Assembly: GCA_963706325.1 (NCBI GenBank)
Contig: CAVPLT010000007.1
Coordinates: forward strand, 288,001 to 352,000
DNA from: an uncultured Nitrospiraceae bacterium
GTDB taxonomy: Bacteria; Nitrospirota; Nitrospiria; Nitrospirales; Nitrospiraceae
Length of the DNA stretch: 64,000 nt
Direction of reading: 5' to 3'
Every line of letters begins with the position of its first letter. The stretch's first letter is position 1. The notes under the pieces were generated by a model, which was not told the origin of the DNA, made no database searches, and saw only the letters and a list, made by a program, of their open reading frames with translations. The translations under genes and the position numbers were made by a program. Positions 10,141-19,441 of the stretch are shown piece by piece.

Positions 10141-10583
10141 GGTTGTGAGTCAGGATCCGGGGCTCTGGGAGGCGTCGATTCTAATGGCGCCATCGGGAGC
10201 GCCTTGTGGCGGAGCGCCCGGCCTTTTTCAGGCGTCGGATCCGTGATGAGGCCGTAACATTGACGACCTTCATGATCTTCAGGCAGGTACTCGGTGATCG
10301 GCATGCCGTCCTCCCGGACGAAGAGCAAGCAATGGCAATATTTATAGATCTGCATCTCATCGCAGGCGCACATCCAACGTCGCAACTTCGCTTCGGCTTG
10401 CTTATCCGGATAAAAGTTGCACGGGCAGAGGGGTTTACCCAGTTCGTCCACGTGAGCGGCAAGGCCTAGCACGACCGCATTGGTGACGGCCTCATTCGGG
10501 TGCATGGCCGTGCCGCTTTTCTCGGCGAAGCCTTTTACATACTTCCACATTTTGTCGAGGCTGTGTTTGCTCGGCTCACCCAT
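10137..10583 (-). CDS. Ferredoxin:thioredoxin reductase catalytic (beta) subunit
   Basis: PLCPCNFY..WMCAC..YCHCLLFV cysteine pattern. Confidence 0.9.
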   Translation of the reverse strand: MGEPSKHSLDKMWKYVKGFAEKSGTAMHPNEAVTNAVVLGLAAHVDELGKPLCPCNFYPDKQAEAKLRRWMCACDEMQIYKYCHCLLFVREDGMPITEYLPEDHEGRQCYGLITDPTPEKGRALRHKALPMAPLESTPPRAPDPDSQP

Positions 10584-10715
10584 TCCGTCCCCCGCATTCC
10601 AACTGCACAGTAATGAATCGCATCTGCGAAAACTCGCTGCTCGCGAGGTCACAGTTTACAAGCGAAATTGTGTCCTTTACAATCCACAACTTCCGCTGAA
10701 AGGGACTGTTACTGT

Positions 10716-13700
10716 ATGGCTTCGGAGCGTGCTCAGCAACAACTGTGCGATCAGTTGGTCGCCCAGCTCGGCCAGAATTCGGCCAAGGCTGTGGTCAACG
10801 CCATTATGCGGCAGGAGACCAGGCACGATGCTGTGGACGGTGTGCTGGTGTTGCTGGAAGAACTGACGGAGCAGGCTCCCAAAGCCGCCAAGAGTGCCGT
10901 TGACGCGCTGGCGGAGATGCAACGTCGTGAGGTGCTGGCGGATGTTCTTCCATGGCTCGATCTCGGAGTGGCCATCGCGGGGGATTCCGGCGCGTTAGCA
11001 CTCAGGTTTTTTAAGGAGAGCCCGCTGTTGCTCAGTCTCTTGGATCCCTTGAAACGGAAGGTGGTGCTGGACACCGGGCTGGAATTGGCTGATCGAAACG
11101 CCAATGTGGCGGTGGAATTCATTCGGATTGCACCGGAGGCCGTGGCAGTCCTACCCTCGGCTGACTGGTCCACGTGGATGGAGTTGGCCTGTGAGCTGGC
11201 GGACACCGATTTTGCCCTGGCGGTTGAATATATCAGACAGATTCCCTCGATTGCGCCCGTGCTGCCTCTCAATGCCGTTCGTTCTTGGGTGCAGTTCGGC
11301 ACGAAATTGATTGTCGAGAACAGTCTCGGTAAGCCGGATTACCTGGGCGCGTTAGAGTTCTTTCGCACGAGCCCGGCCATTTTGGAGGATATATCCGCGG
11401 AAGGTCAACGTATCCAGGTGATTCGCTTAGGCGCGCAGATGGCAGCCCGATCGCCGGACAGCGGTATTGCGGTTCTGTCAGAGGCCCCCGCGATCTTACG
11501 GCGGCTTCCAAGTGAGGAGTGGCAGATGCAAGTGCTGCAGTATGCGTTGTTGGTCGCGGAGCGCGATGCCGACACGGCGCTGGCCTACATCCGGCGATGC
11601 CCTGAACTGGTCGCATTGATCGGTGGTGGCGAAGACGCCAAGAAGAAGTTCCAGGCCTGGTTCGCCTCCGGCATGGAGACACTGGAGTATAGCCTGGATG
11701 GGGGCAGGGCCTACTTTGCCATGGAGACAGAGAAGGCTTTGGGCGCCCTGTCGCAAGCTCTCAGCGGTGTGCCCTTGCGGCAGATTGCCCGGCGCATCAA
11801 GCTGTTTGCCCAGGCGTTGTGTGGTCGCGACCTGCGTATTTACGATCTCCCGGATGCTCTCGAGTCTGGACAGCCGATGGTCCGTGCGATGGTGAGTGGA
11901 GACGGGCGGAGTATTGGATTGCCTTCAATTGTTCGACGGTACCCCACGTTCGATGAAAATGTGCGGTTATATATGGTGATGGTTGCGCATGAGGCCGGCC
12001 ATCTGGAATTCGGCACGTTCGAGTGGCCAATTGCCCGATTACAGGACTTGGTCGAGGATCTTGGACGGCGATATGGGCGGTCCGTTTCGCAGGAAGCGCG
12101 GACATTGGGCGATGTGTTCGCGCGATACCCCCAGCCGGGTTTAATTCGTGATCTCTGGGCCCTCCTCGAGGATGCCCGAGTCGAGTCGTTGCTGCGGGCC
12201 GAATATCCAGGCCTGAGCCGGGACTTGGTGGCGATGGCGAAAGACGCCGTCACGATCCGAAGTCTTGCCCATGGCATGACCGTGCGTGAACTGGTTGTCG
12301 ACCAGCTCCTGCTGCTTTCCACTGCCGAAGCCGGATCTATTACGGTTCCTGATGTCGTAAAGGATGAAGTCGATCAGCTCTGGACACTCTGTCAGACGAT
12401 CTTCCGACCCTCGTCCACTGCCGAGGAAGCCGTGCGATTGGCCGACCGCCTCTACGTGCGTATGGACGAACTACTTGCCATCAGGCGGGAATCCGTCTCT
12501 CCTGAGAGTGAATCGGCGACTCCGGAGCAATCGATCCCTGCGCCAAAATCTTCAGAAGGTCTTTCAGACACCTACCGTCCGATGGACAACTGGGACTATC
12601 GCGGAGCGATGGATCCCAATTTGGTAAGGGAGCGAAGCGAATCCTCTCCTCAAGAGACGAGCGCTTCCGGACAGGGGGATAGCGAGGGGGGGGCCGGTTT
12701 GGCCGGTGATTCCGGAGGATCGTCGGGAGGGGGAACGGCTCGCTCGCAACAGACTGCGGAAGAAATGCTGGTTCCTGGTCGTCGTCAGCCGTCGCTTGTG
12801 GAGGAGGTCCTGGCGATGGAAGGCGAGGGGCTGCGGTCCGAGGACCACCATCCCGGAGCCGTGAAGGCCGTTCGTTACCATGAATGGGACGCCGCCATCC
12901 AGGATTATCGCATGAACTGGTGCCGCGTGGTCGAACGTGAGGCGCTAGAAGGATCGTCTGATTTTGTGGAGGCCACCTTGGCCGCGCAGGGCGTGTCCGT
13001 ACGGCTGCTGCGGCGCTATTTTGAAAGCCTGCGTCCTCCGGGGCTGCGGCGCCTCGCTGGTCAACTCGATGGGGAAGACCTGGACATGGATGCGGTCATC
13101 ACTCGATTGGCCGACCTCGCCGCGGGCATCGAACCATCGGAGCGGATTTACGTGCGACGTGAAAAACGGGAACGGGACGTCGCCGCAGCCTTTTTGGTGG
13201 ACCTCAGCGGTTCTACCAGCCGGCAGGTCGACCAAGGCCGGCGGATCATCGATGTCGAGAAACAGGGCTTGGTACTCCTGTGCGAAGCGCTCACAGCAAT
13301 TGGGGACCAATTTGCTGTGTACGGCTATTCAGGGCAAGGACGGCATCAGGTGGATTTCGTGGTGCTCAAGGCGTTTGACGAACCCGTGATCGGCCGCGCA
13401 GCGGCCAAGCTGGGAGGGATGGTGCCGTTACAACAGAATCGTGACGGCGCGGCTATCCGCCATGCCACGAGCAAGCTCCTTGCCCGCCAGGCAAAGACAC
13501 GAATTTTGGTCATCCTCAGCGACGGCCGACCCTTGGATGACGACTATAAAGAGGACTATTCTTTGGAAGATACACGCATGGCCTTGCGGGAGGCTCGCGC
13601 CAGTGGCATTGCGCCGGTATGTATTACGATCGACAAGCAGGCGGATGCCTATCTGCGTCGAATGTACGGAGAAGTGCGCTATATGGTGATTGATCGGGTT

Positions 13701-13751
13701 GAGGGGTTGCCGGAGAAGCTCCCGAGGATTTACCATCGGCTGACGGCCTGA
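10716..13751 (+). CDS. Large NorD/CbbO-like VWA-domain protein
   Basis: AHEAGHLEFG, LEDARVE, YHEWD..QDYR..WC, MIDAS DLSGS..QQNRDG..LSDG; helical repeats at the N-terminus. Confidence 0.88.
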   Translation: MASERAQQQLCDQLVAQLGQNSAKAVVNAIMRQETRHDAVDGVLVLLEELTEQAPKAAKSAVDALAEMQRREVLADVLPWLDLGVAIAGDSGALALRFFKESPLLLSLLDPLKRKVVLDTGLELADRNANVAVEFIRIAPEAVAVLPSADWSTWMELACELADTDFALAVEYIRQIPSIAPVLPLNAVRSWVQFGTKLIVENSLGKPDYLGALEFFRTSPAILEDISAEGQRIQVIRLGAQMAARSPDSGIAVLSEAPAILRRLPSEEWQMQVLQYALLVAERDADTALAYIRRCPELVALIGGGEDAKKKFQAWFASGMETLEYSLDGGRAYFAMETEKALGALSQALSGVPLRQIARRIKLFAQALCGRDLRIYDLPDALESGQPMVRAMVSGDGRSIGLPSIVRRYPTFDENVRLYMVMVAHEAGHLEFGTFEWPIARLQDLVEDLGRRYGRSVSQEARTLGDVFARYPQPGLIRDLWALLEDARVESLLRAEYPGLSRDLVAMAKDAVTIRSLAHGMTVRELVVDQLLLLSTAEAGSITVPDVVKDEVDQLWTLCQTIFRPSSTAEEAVRLADRLYVRMDELLAIRRESVSPESESATPEQSIPAPKSSEGLSDTYRPMDNWDYRGAMDPNLVRERSESSPQETSASGQGDSEGGAGLAGDSGGSSGGGTARSQQTAEEMLVPGRRQPSLVEEVLAMEGEGLRSEDHHPGAVKAVRYHEWDAAIQDYRMNWCRVVEREALEGSSDFVEATLAAQGVSVRLLRRYFESLRPPGLRRLAGQLDGEDLDMDAVITRLADLAAGIEPSERIYVRREKRERDVAAAFLVDLSGSTSRQVDQGRRIIDVEKQGLVLLCEALTAIGDQFAVYGYSGQGRHQVDFVVLKAFDEPVIGRAAAKLGGMVPLQQNRDGAAIRHATSKLLARQAKTRILVILSDGRPLDDDYKEDYSLEDTRMALREARASGIAPVCITIDKQADAYLRRMYGEVRYMVIDRVEGLPEKLPRIYHRLTA

Positions 13752-13794
13752 AGGGTCGTGAACAAGGCCTTTGCCGTACTGGAGCATACCAAAA

Positions 13795-14205
13795 ATGATT
13801 GAGCAGCCACCCCGACCGACCGTGCCGCCCTGGCTCTACAAACTGTTTACCGGCCATCAATATCCCTATGTTAGGCGACAGGCGAAATTTGCGAATCGAA
13901 ACTTCAAGCCAGGCGAGGAGCGCCCGGAACCTACGCGGGATGAGATCGATGCCAAGTTCTGGGAGATCTACCCGCGTTGCACCGCCAAAATTCTTGAGGA
14001 AGTCAAAGCCGGCATGATTGTGGTATTCCACGAATTAGGTGACTATCCCGCAGGGGGCTACCAGGGCTTGGTTGAGACGCCCGAAGATTTTCTCGCGGCG
14101 AATTATGGGAAAAAGAAAATCAAAGTGAATTTTTATGACGGTGATAATTTTGTCTGCACGATCAATTTCAAGGTCGGCGGATGGACAGGGCATGAACACG
14201 CGTGA
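13795..14205 (+). CDS. Hypothetical protein
   Basis: 136 aa ORF with typical codon usage, co-oriented between the VWA gene and mdh. Confidence 0.7.
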   Translation: MIEQPPRPTVPPWLYKLFTGHQYPYVRRQAKFANRNFKPGEERPEPTRDEIDAKFWEIYPRCTAKILEEVKAGMIVVFHELGDYPAGGYQGLVETPEDFLAANYGKKKIKVNFYDGDNFVCTINFKVGGWTGHEHA

Positions 14206-14274
14206 AGGGTCATGGGTGAGGTGTAAGGGAAGTCTTGCACGTCACGCTTTACGCTTCAAGTTTCACGAGGTGGG

Positions 14275-15219
14275 ATGATGGGGCGACCGAAAATTACGGT
14301 AGTGGGCGCAGGCAATGTCGGCGGGACTGTCGCGCAACGTCTGGCTGAGAAAAATGCGTATGACGTTGTGTTGGTCGACATTGTGCCGGGAATCCCGCAA
14401 GGGAAGGCATTGGATATCACGCAGGCAGGGCCTGTCTGTGGCTACAGCACGCGTGTTGCCGGCGCGAACGGGTATGAGGAGACGGCAGGGTCTGCCATTG
14501 CCGTCATTACGTCGGGCATGCCCAGAAAGCCGGGGATGAGCCGGGATGAGCTGTTGGTGACCAATGCGAAAATCGTGCAGACGGTGGTGAGAGAGCTGGT
14601 GGCGCGTTCGCCGAACATTATTCTCATCCTGGTGACGAATCCATTGGACGCCATGGTGCATGTGGCGAGGCAGGTCAGTGGTCTGCCGAAATCGCGGGTG
14701 CTTGGCATGGCGGGGGTACTCGATACTGCGCGGTTGCGGGCATTTGTCGCGGAAGAATTGAACGTGCCAGGGACAGACGTGCATGCGATGGTCTTAGGCG
14801 GGCATGGGGACACCATGGTGCCACTGGTACGACAAACGACGGTATCGGGAAAACCCATCACTGAGCGGCTGGCTCCCGAACGACTCGCGGCGTTGATCAA
14901 GCGCACGCAAGACGGTGGCGCGGAGATCGTGGGCTTGCTCAAGACGGGCAGCGCATTTTATGCGCCGTCCGCTTCCGCGGTGGATATGGTCGAGGCGATT
15001 ATGAAGGACGAGAAGCGTGTGGTGCCCTGTGCGATGCTCTGCGAGGGCGAATACGGATTGAAGGACGTCATTGTGGGAGTCCCTGTCACGCTGGGTCGTG
15101 GCGGCGGCGAATCCATTATCGAGTATGACCTGACTGCCGAAGAGCGGACTGCGTTGCAAGCATCTGCCGAGGCGGTGCGGGACTTGTGCCTGGTGGTTGA
15201 TCGGCTGTTGACCGCATAA
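14275..15219 (+). CDS. mdh: Malate dehydrogenase (LDH-like type)
   Basis: [44 protein letters not shown]. Confidence 0.97.
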   Translation: MMGRPKITVVGAGNVGGTVAQRLAEKNAYDVVLVDIVPGIPQGKALDITQAGPVCGYSTRVAGANGYEETAGSAIAVITSGMPRKPGMSRDELLVTNAKIVQTVVRELVARSPNIILILVTNPLDAMVHVARQVSGLPKSRVLGMAGVLDTARLRAFVAEELNVPGTDVHAMVLGGHGDTMVPLVRQTTVSGKPITERLAPERLAALIKRTQDGGAEIVGLLKTGSAFYAPSASAVDMVEAIMKDEKRVVPCAMLCEGEYGLKDVIVGVPVTLGRGGGESIIEYDLTAEERTALQASAEAVRDLCLVVDRLLTA

Positions 15220-15323
15220 ACCGACGACATTTCGCATAAGGGGAGAGGCAGGGTTGCTTGACAAGGCTCCACAGCCTACAGTAGAGAACGTGGTTGCACT
15301 AAACCGTTTTAGCTGGGGGACCT

Positions 15324-15911
15324 ATGAAATTTCTTGAAGATCCATATCAGACATTGGGCGCAGGTTTGGCGCTCTCTGTCGGATTGATAGTCATCTATTT
15401 GGGGATGACTGGGGTGGGAGCGGGCGATGTCGACTGGTTCGGGCTGATCATGCGCTGGATTCATTTCCTGGCCGGCATTACCTGGATCGGACTATTGTAT
15501 TTCTTCAACCTGATTAACGCAGGCTTTCTGAAGAGTCTGGATGGGCCGACGAAAAACATCGTGATTCCAAAGCTGATGCCCGCTGCTCTCAATTGGTTCC
15601 GCCATGGTGCGACCGTGACCGTCCTTGCAGGCCTTGTGCTCTACGGTTATCTCTATTCGAAGGGCGGAACGGGGGCCATTGCATTAGGGATCGGCGGTCT
15701 GCTCGGAATCATCATGATGGGAAATGTCCACGCCGTGATTTGGCCGAATCAGAAGAAGGTCATTGCGGCGGTCGCTGCGGCTGCTCAGGGTACTCCTGCT
15801 CCGCCAGAGATGGCCCAGTGGGGACGAACGGCCTTACTCGCGTCGCGTATCAATTTCTTGCTGTCCATCCCCATGCTGTTCTTCATGGGGGCCGGAAGCC
15901 ATTTTAAGTAA
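15324..15911 (+). CDS. PuuD/Urate_ox_N-like membrane protein without a cytochrome c domain
   Basis: RWIHFLAGITWIGLLYFFN, IM..NV..VIWPNQKK, ASRINFLLSIPMLFFM. Confidence 0.75.
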   Translation: MKFLEDPYQTLGAGLALSVGLIVIYLGMTGVGAGDVDWFGLIMRWIHFLAGITWIGLLYFFNLINAGFLKSLDGPTKNIVIPKLMPAALNWFRHGATVTVLAGLVLYGYLYSKGGTGAIALGIGGLLGIIMMGNVHAVIWPNQKKVIAAVAAAAQGTPAPPEMAQWGRTALLASRINFLLSIPMLFFMGAGSHFK

Positions 15912-15935
15912 GAGGCGCATCACGAACGCAATGGA

Positions 15936-15972
15936 GGATTGGCCGTTCGAGAGGATGGCCAGTCCCCTTTTT
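15936..15972 (+). terminator. Intrinsic terminator
   Basis: GGATTGGCCGTTC-GAGA-GGATGGCCAGTCC hairpin followed by a T run. Confidence 0.75.
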
Positions 15973-16087
15973 CCTGTCCGTATTCCTGCTAGGAACTGTG
16001 GTCGAGCTTCTGCGCGTTTGGACTGCTTTGCTCTAGGTCTATCAGCCATAACCAATTGAGATTCAGGCCTAATCCGGCTGCCTTGGC

Positions 16088-16115
16088 TTGACGACCCGTG
16101 GGGCCAGCCTTATAG
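16088..16115 (+). promoter_or_regulatory. Sigma70-type promoter for the NuoF-like cluster
   Basis: TTGACG-16 nt-TATAGT. Confidence 0.6.
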
Positions 16116-16160
16116 TACATGCCTGCCAACCTGGGGGTGTGACCCCCGAAAGGGAATAAC

Positions 16161-17462
16161 GTGACCCTACCTCAATCAAGGGTATTGCAGAAGCTTGAAG
16201 GCGCTCCCTGGGAGATTGATCCCTATCTCAAGACCGGTGGATATGAAGCCTGGCGGAAGTGTCTGAAAGAGCTTACTCCAGAGGACATCGTCGGAGAGAT
16301 CAAGAAGGCTGGCTTGCGTGGTCGGGGAGGAGCCGGTTTCCCCACTGGCACGAAGTGGGACAAGGTCCTCAATCATCGAGTGAAGGAGCGTTATTTCGTC
16401 TGCAATGCGGGGGAGCATGAACCGGGCACCTTCAAGGATCGTCATTTACTCAAACATATCCCGCATCAGCTCATCGAAGGTTGCCTCATTGCATCTCGAA
16501 CGGTGAATGCCAAGGCATCCTATATTTATGTGAATCATGAATATGAGGAAGAAGAAGCCAACCTGAGGAAGGCGATCGCCCAGGCTCGGGAACGCGGGTT
16601 GCTGGGGAAGAATATTCTGGGTACGGGCGTCGACCTCGAGCTCGAAGTGTTTTCCGGTCATGGCAGCTATGTGGCCGGTGAAGAGACGGCGATGTTGGAG
16701 TCGATGCAAGGGCGTCCGGCGATGCCACGTCAGAAACCCCCGTTCTATCCGACCGATTTTGGGCTGTATGGCAAACCGACCTTGGTGAACAACGTCGAGA
16801 CTCTCTGCAATATACCGCAGATATTGAGAAACGGCGCCGCATGGTTTGGTGAAGTGGGCACGGAGAAGTGTCCCGGGACTATGCTTTTCTCGCTCAGCGG
16901 AGCGGTGAATCGACCCGGTGTCTATGAAATGCCGATGGGAATCACCATCAGAGACCTCATTGAGACGTGTGGCGGTGGCGTCCCAAACGGACGTAAGATC
17001 AAGGCTGTGTTCCCGGGTGGACCCGCTTTTTCAATGGTGACGGCGGATCAGTTAGACCTTCCGATGGATTTTGATTCTCTCAAGAAAGCCGGAACTGGGC
17101 TGGGCTCTGCGGGAACTATTGTGATTGACGATGCCACCTGCATGGTGGCGGCGACTCTCAAATACTCGAACTTCTTCAAAGTTGAAAGCTGTGGCCAGTG
17201 CCCTCCATGCCGGATGGGCACGATTAACCTGGCGACCTTGGTCGACAAGATTGAGCGTGGCGAAGGCACCCAAAAGGATCTCGATTCCCTGTTGCAGCTC
17301 TGTGGTTTTGTGAAGGGCACGGGATATTGTACGCTTATAACCGGGGCGGCCGTGTTGGTGCAGAGTAGTCTCCGGTTGTTCCAGCATGAATTTGAAGAGC
17401 ATATTCGCCTGCAGCGTTGTCCATTCCAACCGGCCAAAGCCGGAGCCGGCGCAACCGCCTAA
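16161..17462 (+). CDS. Stand-alone NuoF-like FMN/4Fe-4S NADH-binding subunit
   Basis: GLRGRGGAGFPTG, CNAGEHEPGTFKDR, GEETA, NNVETL, ESCGQCPPC..C. Confidence 0.92.
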   Translation: MTLPQSRVLQKLEGAPWEIDPYLKTGGYEAWRKCLKELTPEDIVGEIKKAGLRGRGGAGFPTGTKWDKVLNHRVKERYFVCNAGEHEPGTFKDRHLLKHIPHQLIEGCLIASRTVNAKASYIYVNHEYEEEEANLRKAIAQARERGLLGKNILGTGVDLELEVFSGHGSYVAGEETAMLESMQGRPAMPRQKPPFYPTDFGLYGKPTLVNNVETLCNIPQILRNGAAWFGEVGTEKCPGTMLFSLSGAVNRPGVYEMPMGITIRDLIETCGGGVPNGRKIKAVFPGGPAFSMVTADQLDLPMDFDSLKKAGTGLGSAGTIVIDDATCMVAATLKYSNFFKVESCGQCPPCRMGTINLATLVDKIERGEGTQKDLDSLLQLCGFVKGTGYCTLITGAAVLVQSSLRLFQHEFEEHIRLQRCPFQPAKAGAGATA

Positions 17463-17474
17463 AGGAGATGTCGC

Positions 17475-17831
17475 ATGCCGCGCGTGAGTTTTCTCCATCC
17501 GGATGGCAAGAGCGGAGAGGTCGATGCGAGCCTCACATTGCTAGAGGCGGCCCGCATCCTCGGGTTTGAATTGAACAATGACTGCGGAGGCAATGCTTCT
17601 TGCACGACGTGTCGCGTTGAAGTGCAATTGGGTGAGGACAATTTGTCCGAAATTGATTTTGACGAGCAGGATTTGTTGGATCGTGAAGCCTTGTCTGAGC
17701 CTTGGCATCGGCTTGGTTGCCAAGCGAAAATTTTGGGGGATGTGATCGTTCGGGTTCCAGAAACCAAGTGGGAGCAACCCACCGCGGGGACTTCAACTGA
17801 GACAGTGAAAAGGGGAGCGGGACTTTCGTAA
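17475..17831 (+). CDS. 2Fe-2S ferredoxin (ISC/adrenodoxin-like)
   Basis: CGGNASCTTC..RLGCQ. Confidence 0.92.
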   Translation: MPRVSFLHPDGKSGEVDASLTLLEAARILGFELNNDCGGNASCTTCRVEVQLGEDNLSEIDFDEQDLLDREALSEPWHRLGCQAKILGDVIVRVPETKWEQPTAGTSTETVKRGAGLS

Positions 17832-17894
17832 GCTCCGGAGAGATGGTAAACTGACACAACGTGCGAGACACGTAGTTCACAAGGAGGATCCATT

Positions 17895-18215
17895 ATGGTG
17901 ACCATTACGCAGTTGGCTGAGCAGAAGATAAAAGAACTCATGATTGAGGAAAAGGATGTAGTGGGTCTTCGCGTGTATGTGCGTGGCGGCGGATGCCATG
18001 GATATCAATATGGGATGGCCTTTGAGTCTAAAATGGCCGACGACGATACGGTGATTGAAAAGGGTGATGTGAAAGTCATCATGGACTCGCAGAGTGCTCC
18101 GCTGCTCCAGGGCGCAGAGGTGGATTACGTTGATAGCTTGCAGGGATCAGGGTTCTCGATCAAGAATCCCCAAGCGAAGACGACCTGCGGTTGCGGCAGT
18201 TCCTTCAGTGCATAA
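17895..18215 (+). CDS. erpA: A-type Fe-S cluster insertion protein
   Basis: GGGCHGYQY..GSGF..KNP..CGCGSSF. Confidence 0.9.
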   Translation: MVTITQLAEQKIKELMIEEKDVVGLRVYVRGGGCHGYQYGMAFESKMADDDTVIEKGDVKVIMDSQSAPLLQGAEVDYVDSLQGSGFSIKNPQAKTTCGCGSSFSA

Positions 18216-18269
18216 GGATTTCCGGTTGTCTCACAACCGGGGTGCCGACTTCTCGCTGAGTGAAGGGGT

Positions 18270-18322
18270 AAGCCGGGAGTGGCTCTCGTCCAGGACGGGA
18301 GTGCTCCCGGCTTGTTCGTTTT
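18270..18322 (+). terminator. Long hairpin, probable terminator after erpA
   Basis: AAGCCGGGAG..CTCCCGGCTT inverted repeat followed by GTTCGTTTT. Confidence 0.6.
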
Positions 18323-18346
18323 GATCATTCTCCAGGAGTATTCTCG

Positions 18347-18790
18347 ATGGCTCATGCCATGATCACTCGCCGCTATCGTTTCTGTGCGGCGCATCGTTTA
18401 CACACTGATCAGCTGTCGCCTGCGGAGAACGTGACGATCTTCGGGAAGTGTAATAATCTCAACGGACATGGACACAATTATGTTGTGTTTGTCTCCGTCA
18501 GGGGCGAGATTGATCCGAAGACGCATCAGGTGCTGGATGGGCAGCGACTCGATGCCATCGTTGAGCGTACGGTCGTGCAGCGCTTCGATCATCGGGATTT
18601 GAATCAGGACAAAGCATTTGCGAACCGGACGACAACGGGGGAAAATCTAGTGCTCCTCATGTGGGATCTCCTCGTCAATGAGATTCCAGGAGGACGGCTT
18701 GCCAAGGTCGGAGTGATCGAGACACGAGACAACTACTTCGAATATTCCGGCTCCTCCGCGGGTGCGAAACATGAGGACAGGCATGGCTAA
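18347..18790 (+). CDS. 6-pyruvoyl-tetrahydropterin synthase family protein (PTPS-II-type signature)
   Basis: [28 protein letters not shown]. Confidence 0.9.
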   Translation: MAHAMITRRYRFCAAHRLHTDQLSPAENVTIFGKCNNLNGHGHNYVVFVSVRGEIDPKTHQVLDGQRLDAIVERTVVQRFDHRDLNQDKAFANRTTTGENLVLLMWDLLVNEIPGGRLAKVGVIETRDNYFEYSGSSAGAKHEDRHG

Positions 18791-19421
18791 AGTGGTCGCT
18801 GGGGCTCGCGCCAGACGGACGCGCAGTTCCTCACAGGACGAAGCCTTCTCGGATCAGGACCCGATCGAGGCGTTGGTGACGCAACTCCTTCTGCATATGG
18901 GAGAGGCGCCGGAACGGAACGGGTTGCTGAATACGCCGAAGCGGTTCGCAAAAGCCATGCGATTTATGACGCAGGGGTATCGGCAGGATATCGATCACTT
19001 GCTCAATGGCGCATTGTTTCCGATCGAGTACGATGAGATGGTGATCGTCAAGGACATCGATTTCTTCAGCATGTGCGAGCATCATCTGTTGCCGTTCTTC
19101 GGAAAGTGCCATGTGGGCTATCTGCCAAACAAAAAAGTCGTGGGGCTCAGCAAAATTCCGCGGGTCGTGGACACATTCAGTCGTCGTCTGCAGGTGCAGG
19201 AACGGTTGACCGTGCAAATTGCCGAGACCCTCAAGAACAAGCTAAATGCGCATGGTGTGGCGGTTGTCATGGAGGCCAGACATTTGTGCATGATGATGCG
19301 GGGCGTCGAAAAGCAAAATACGGTGGCCGTCAGCAGCTCCATGTTGGGCGTCTTTCGCACGCAACAGCAGACACGCGAAGAGTTTTTGAAGTTGATCCGT
19401 GGTGTGAGAGACGGAAATTAG
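18783..19421 (+). CDS. folE: GTP cyclohydrolase I
   Basis: [36 protein letters not shown]. Confidence 0.97.
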   Translation: MAKVVAGARARRTRSSSQDEAFSDQDPIEALVTQLLLHMGEAPERNGLLNTPKRFAKAMRFMTQGYRQDIDHLLNGALFPIEYDEMVIVKDIDFFSMCEHHLLPFFGKCHVGYLPNKKVVGLSKIPRVVDTFSRRLQVQERLTVQIAETLKNKLNAHGVAVVMEARHLCMMMRGVEKQNTVAVSSSMLGVFRTQQQTREEFLKLIRGVRDGN

Positions 19422-19441
19422 GGAGAGTCCACCCCCGCACT

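Noticed and set aside
7084..13751. Calling these genes norQ/norD or cbbQ/cbbO
   Set aside because: The family is clear but no client genes are present, so specific symbols are unsupported
15258..15287. Sigma70 promoter upstream of the PuuD-like gene
   Set aside because: Perfect TTGACA but no good -10 at 16-18 nt spacing
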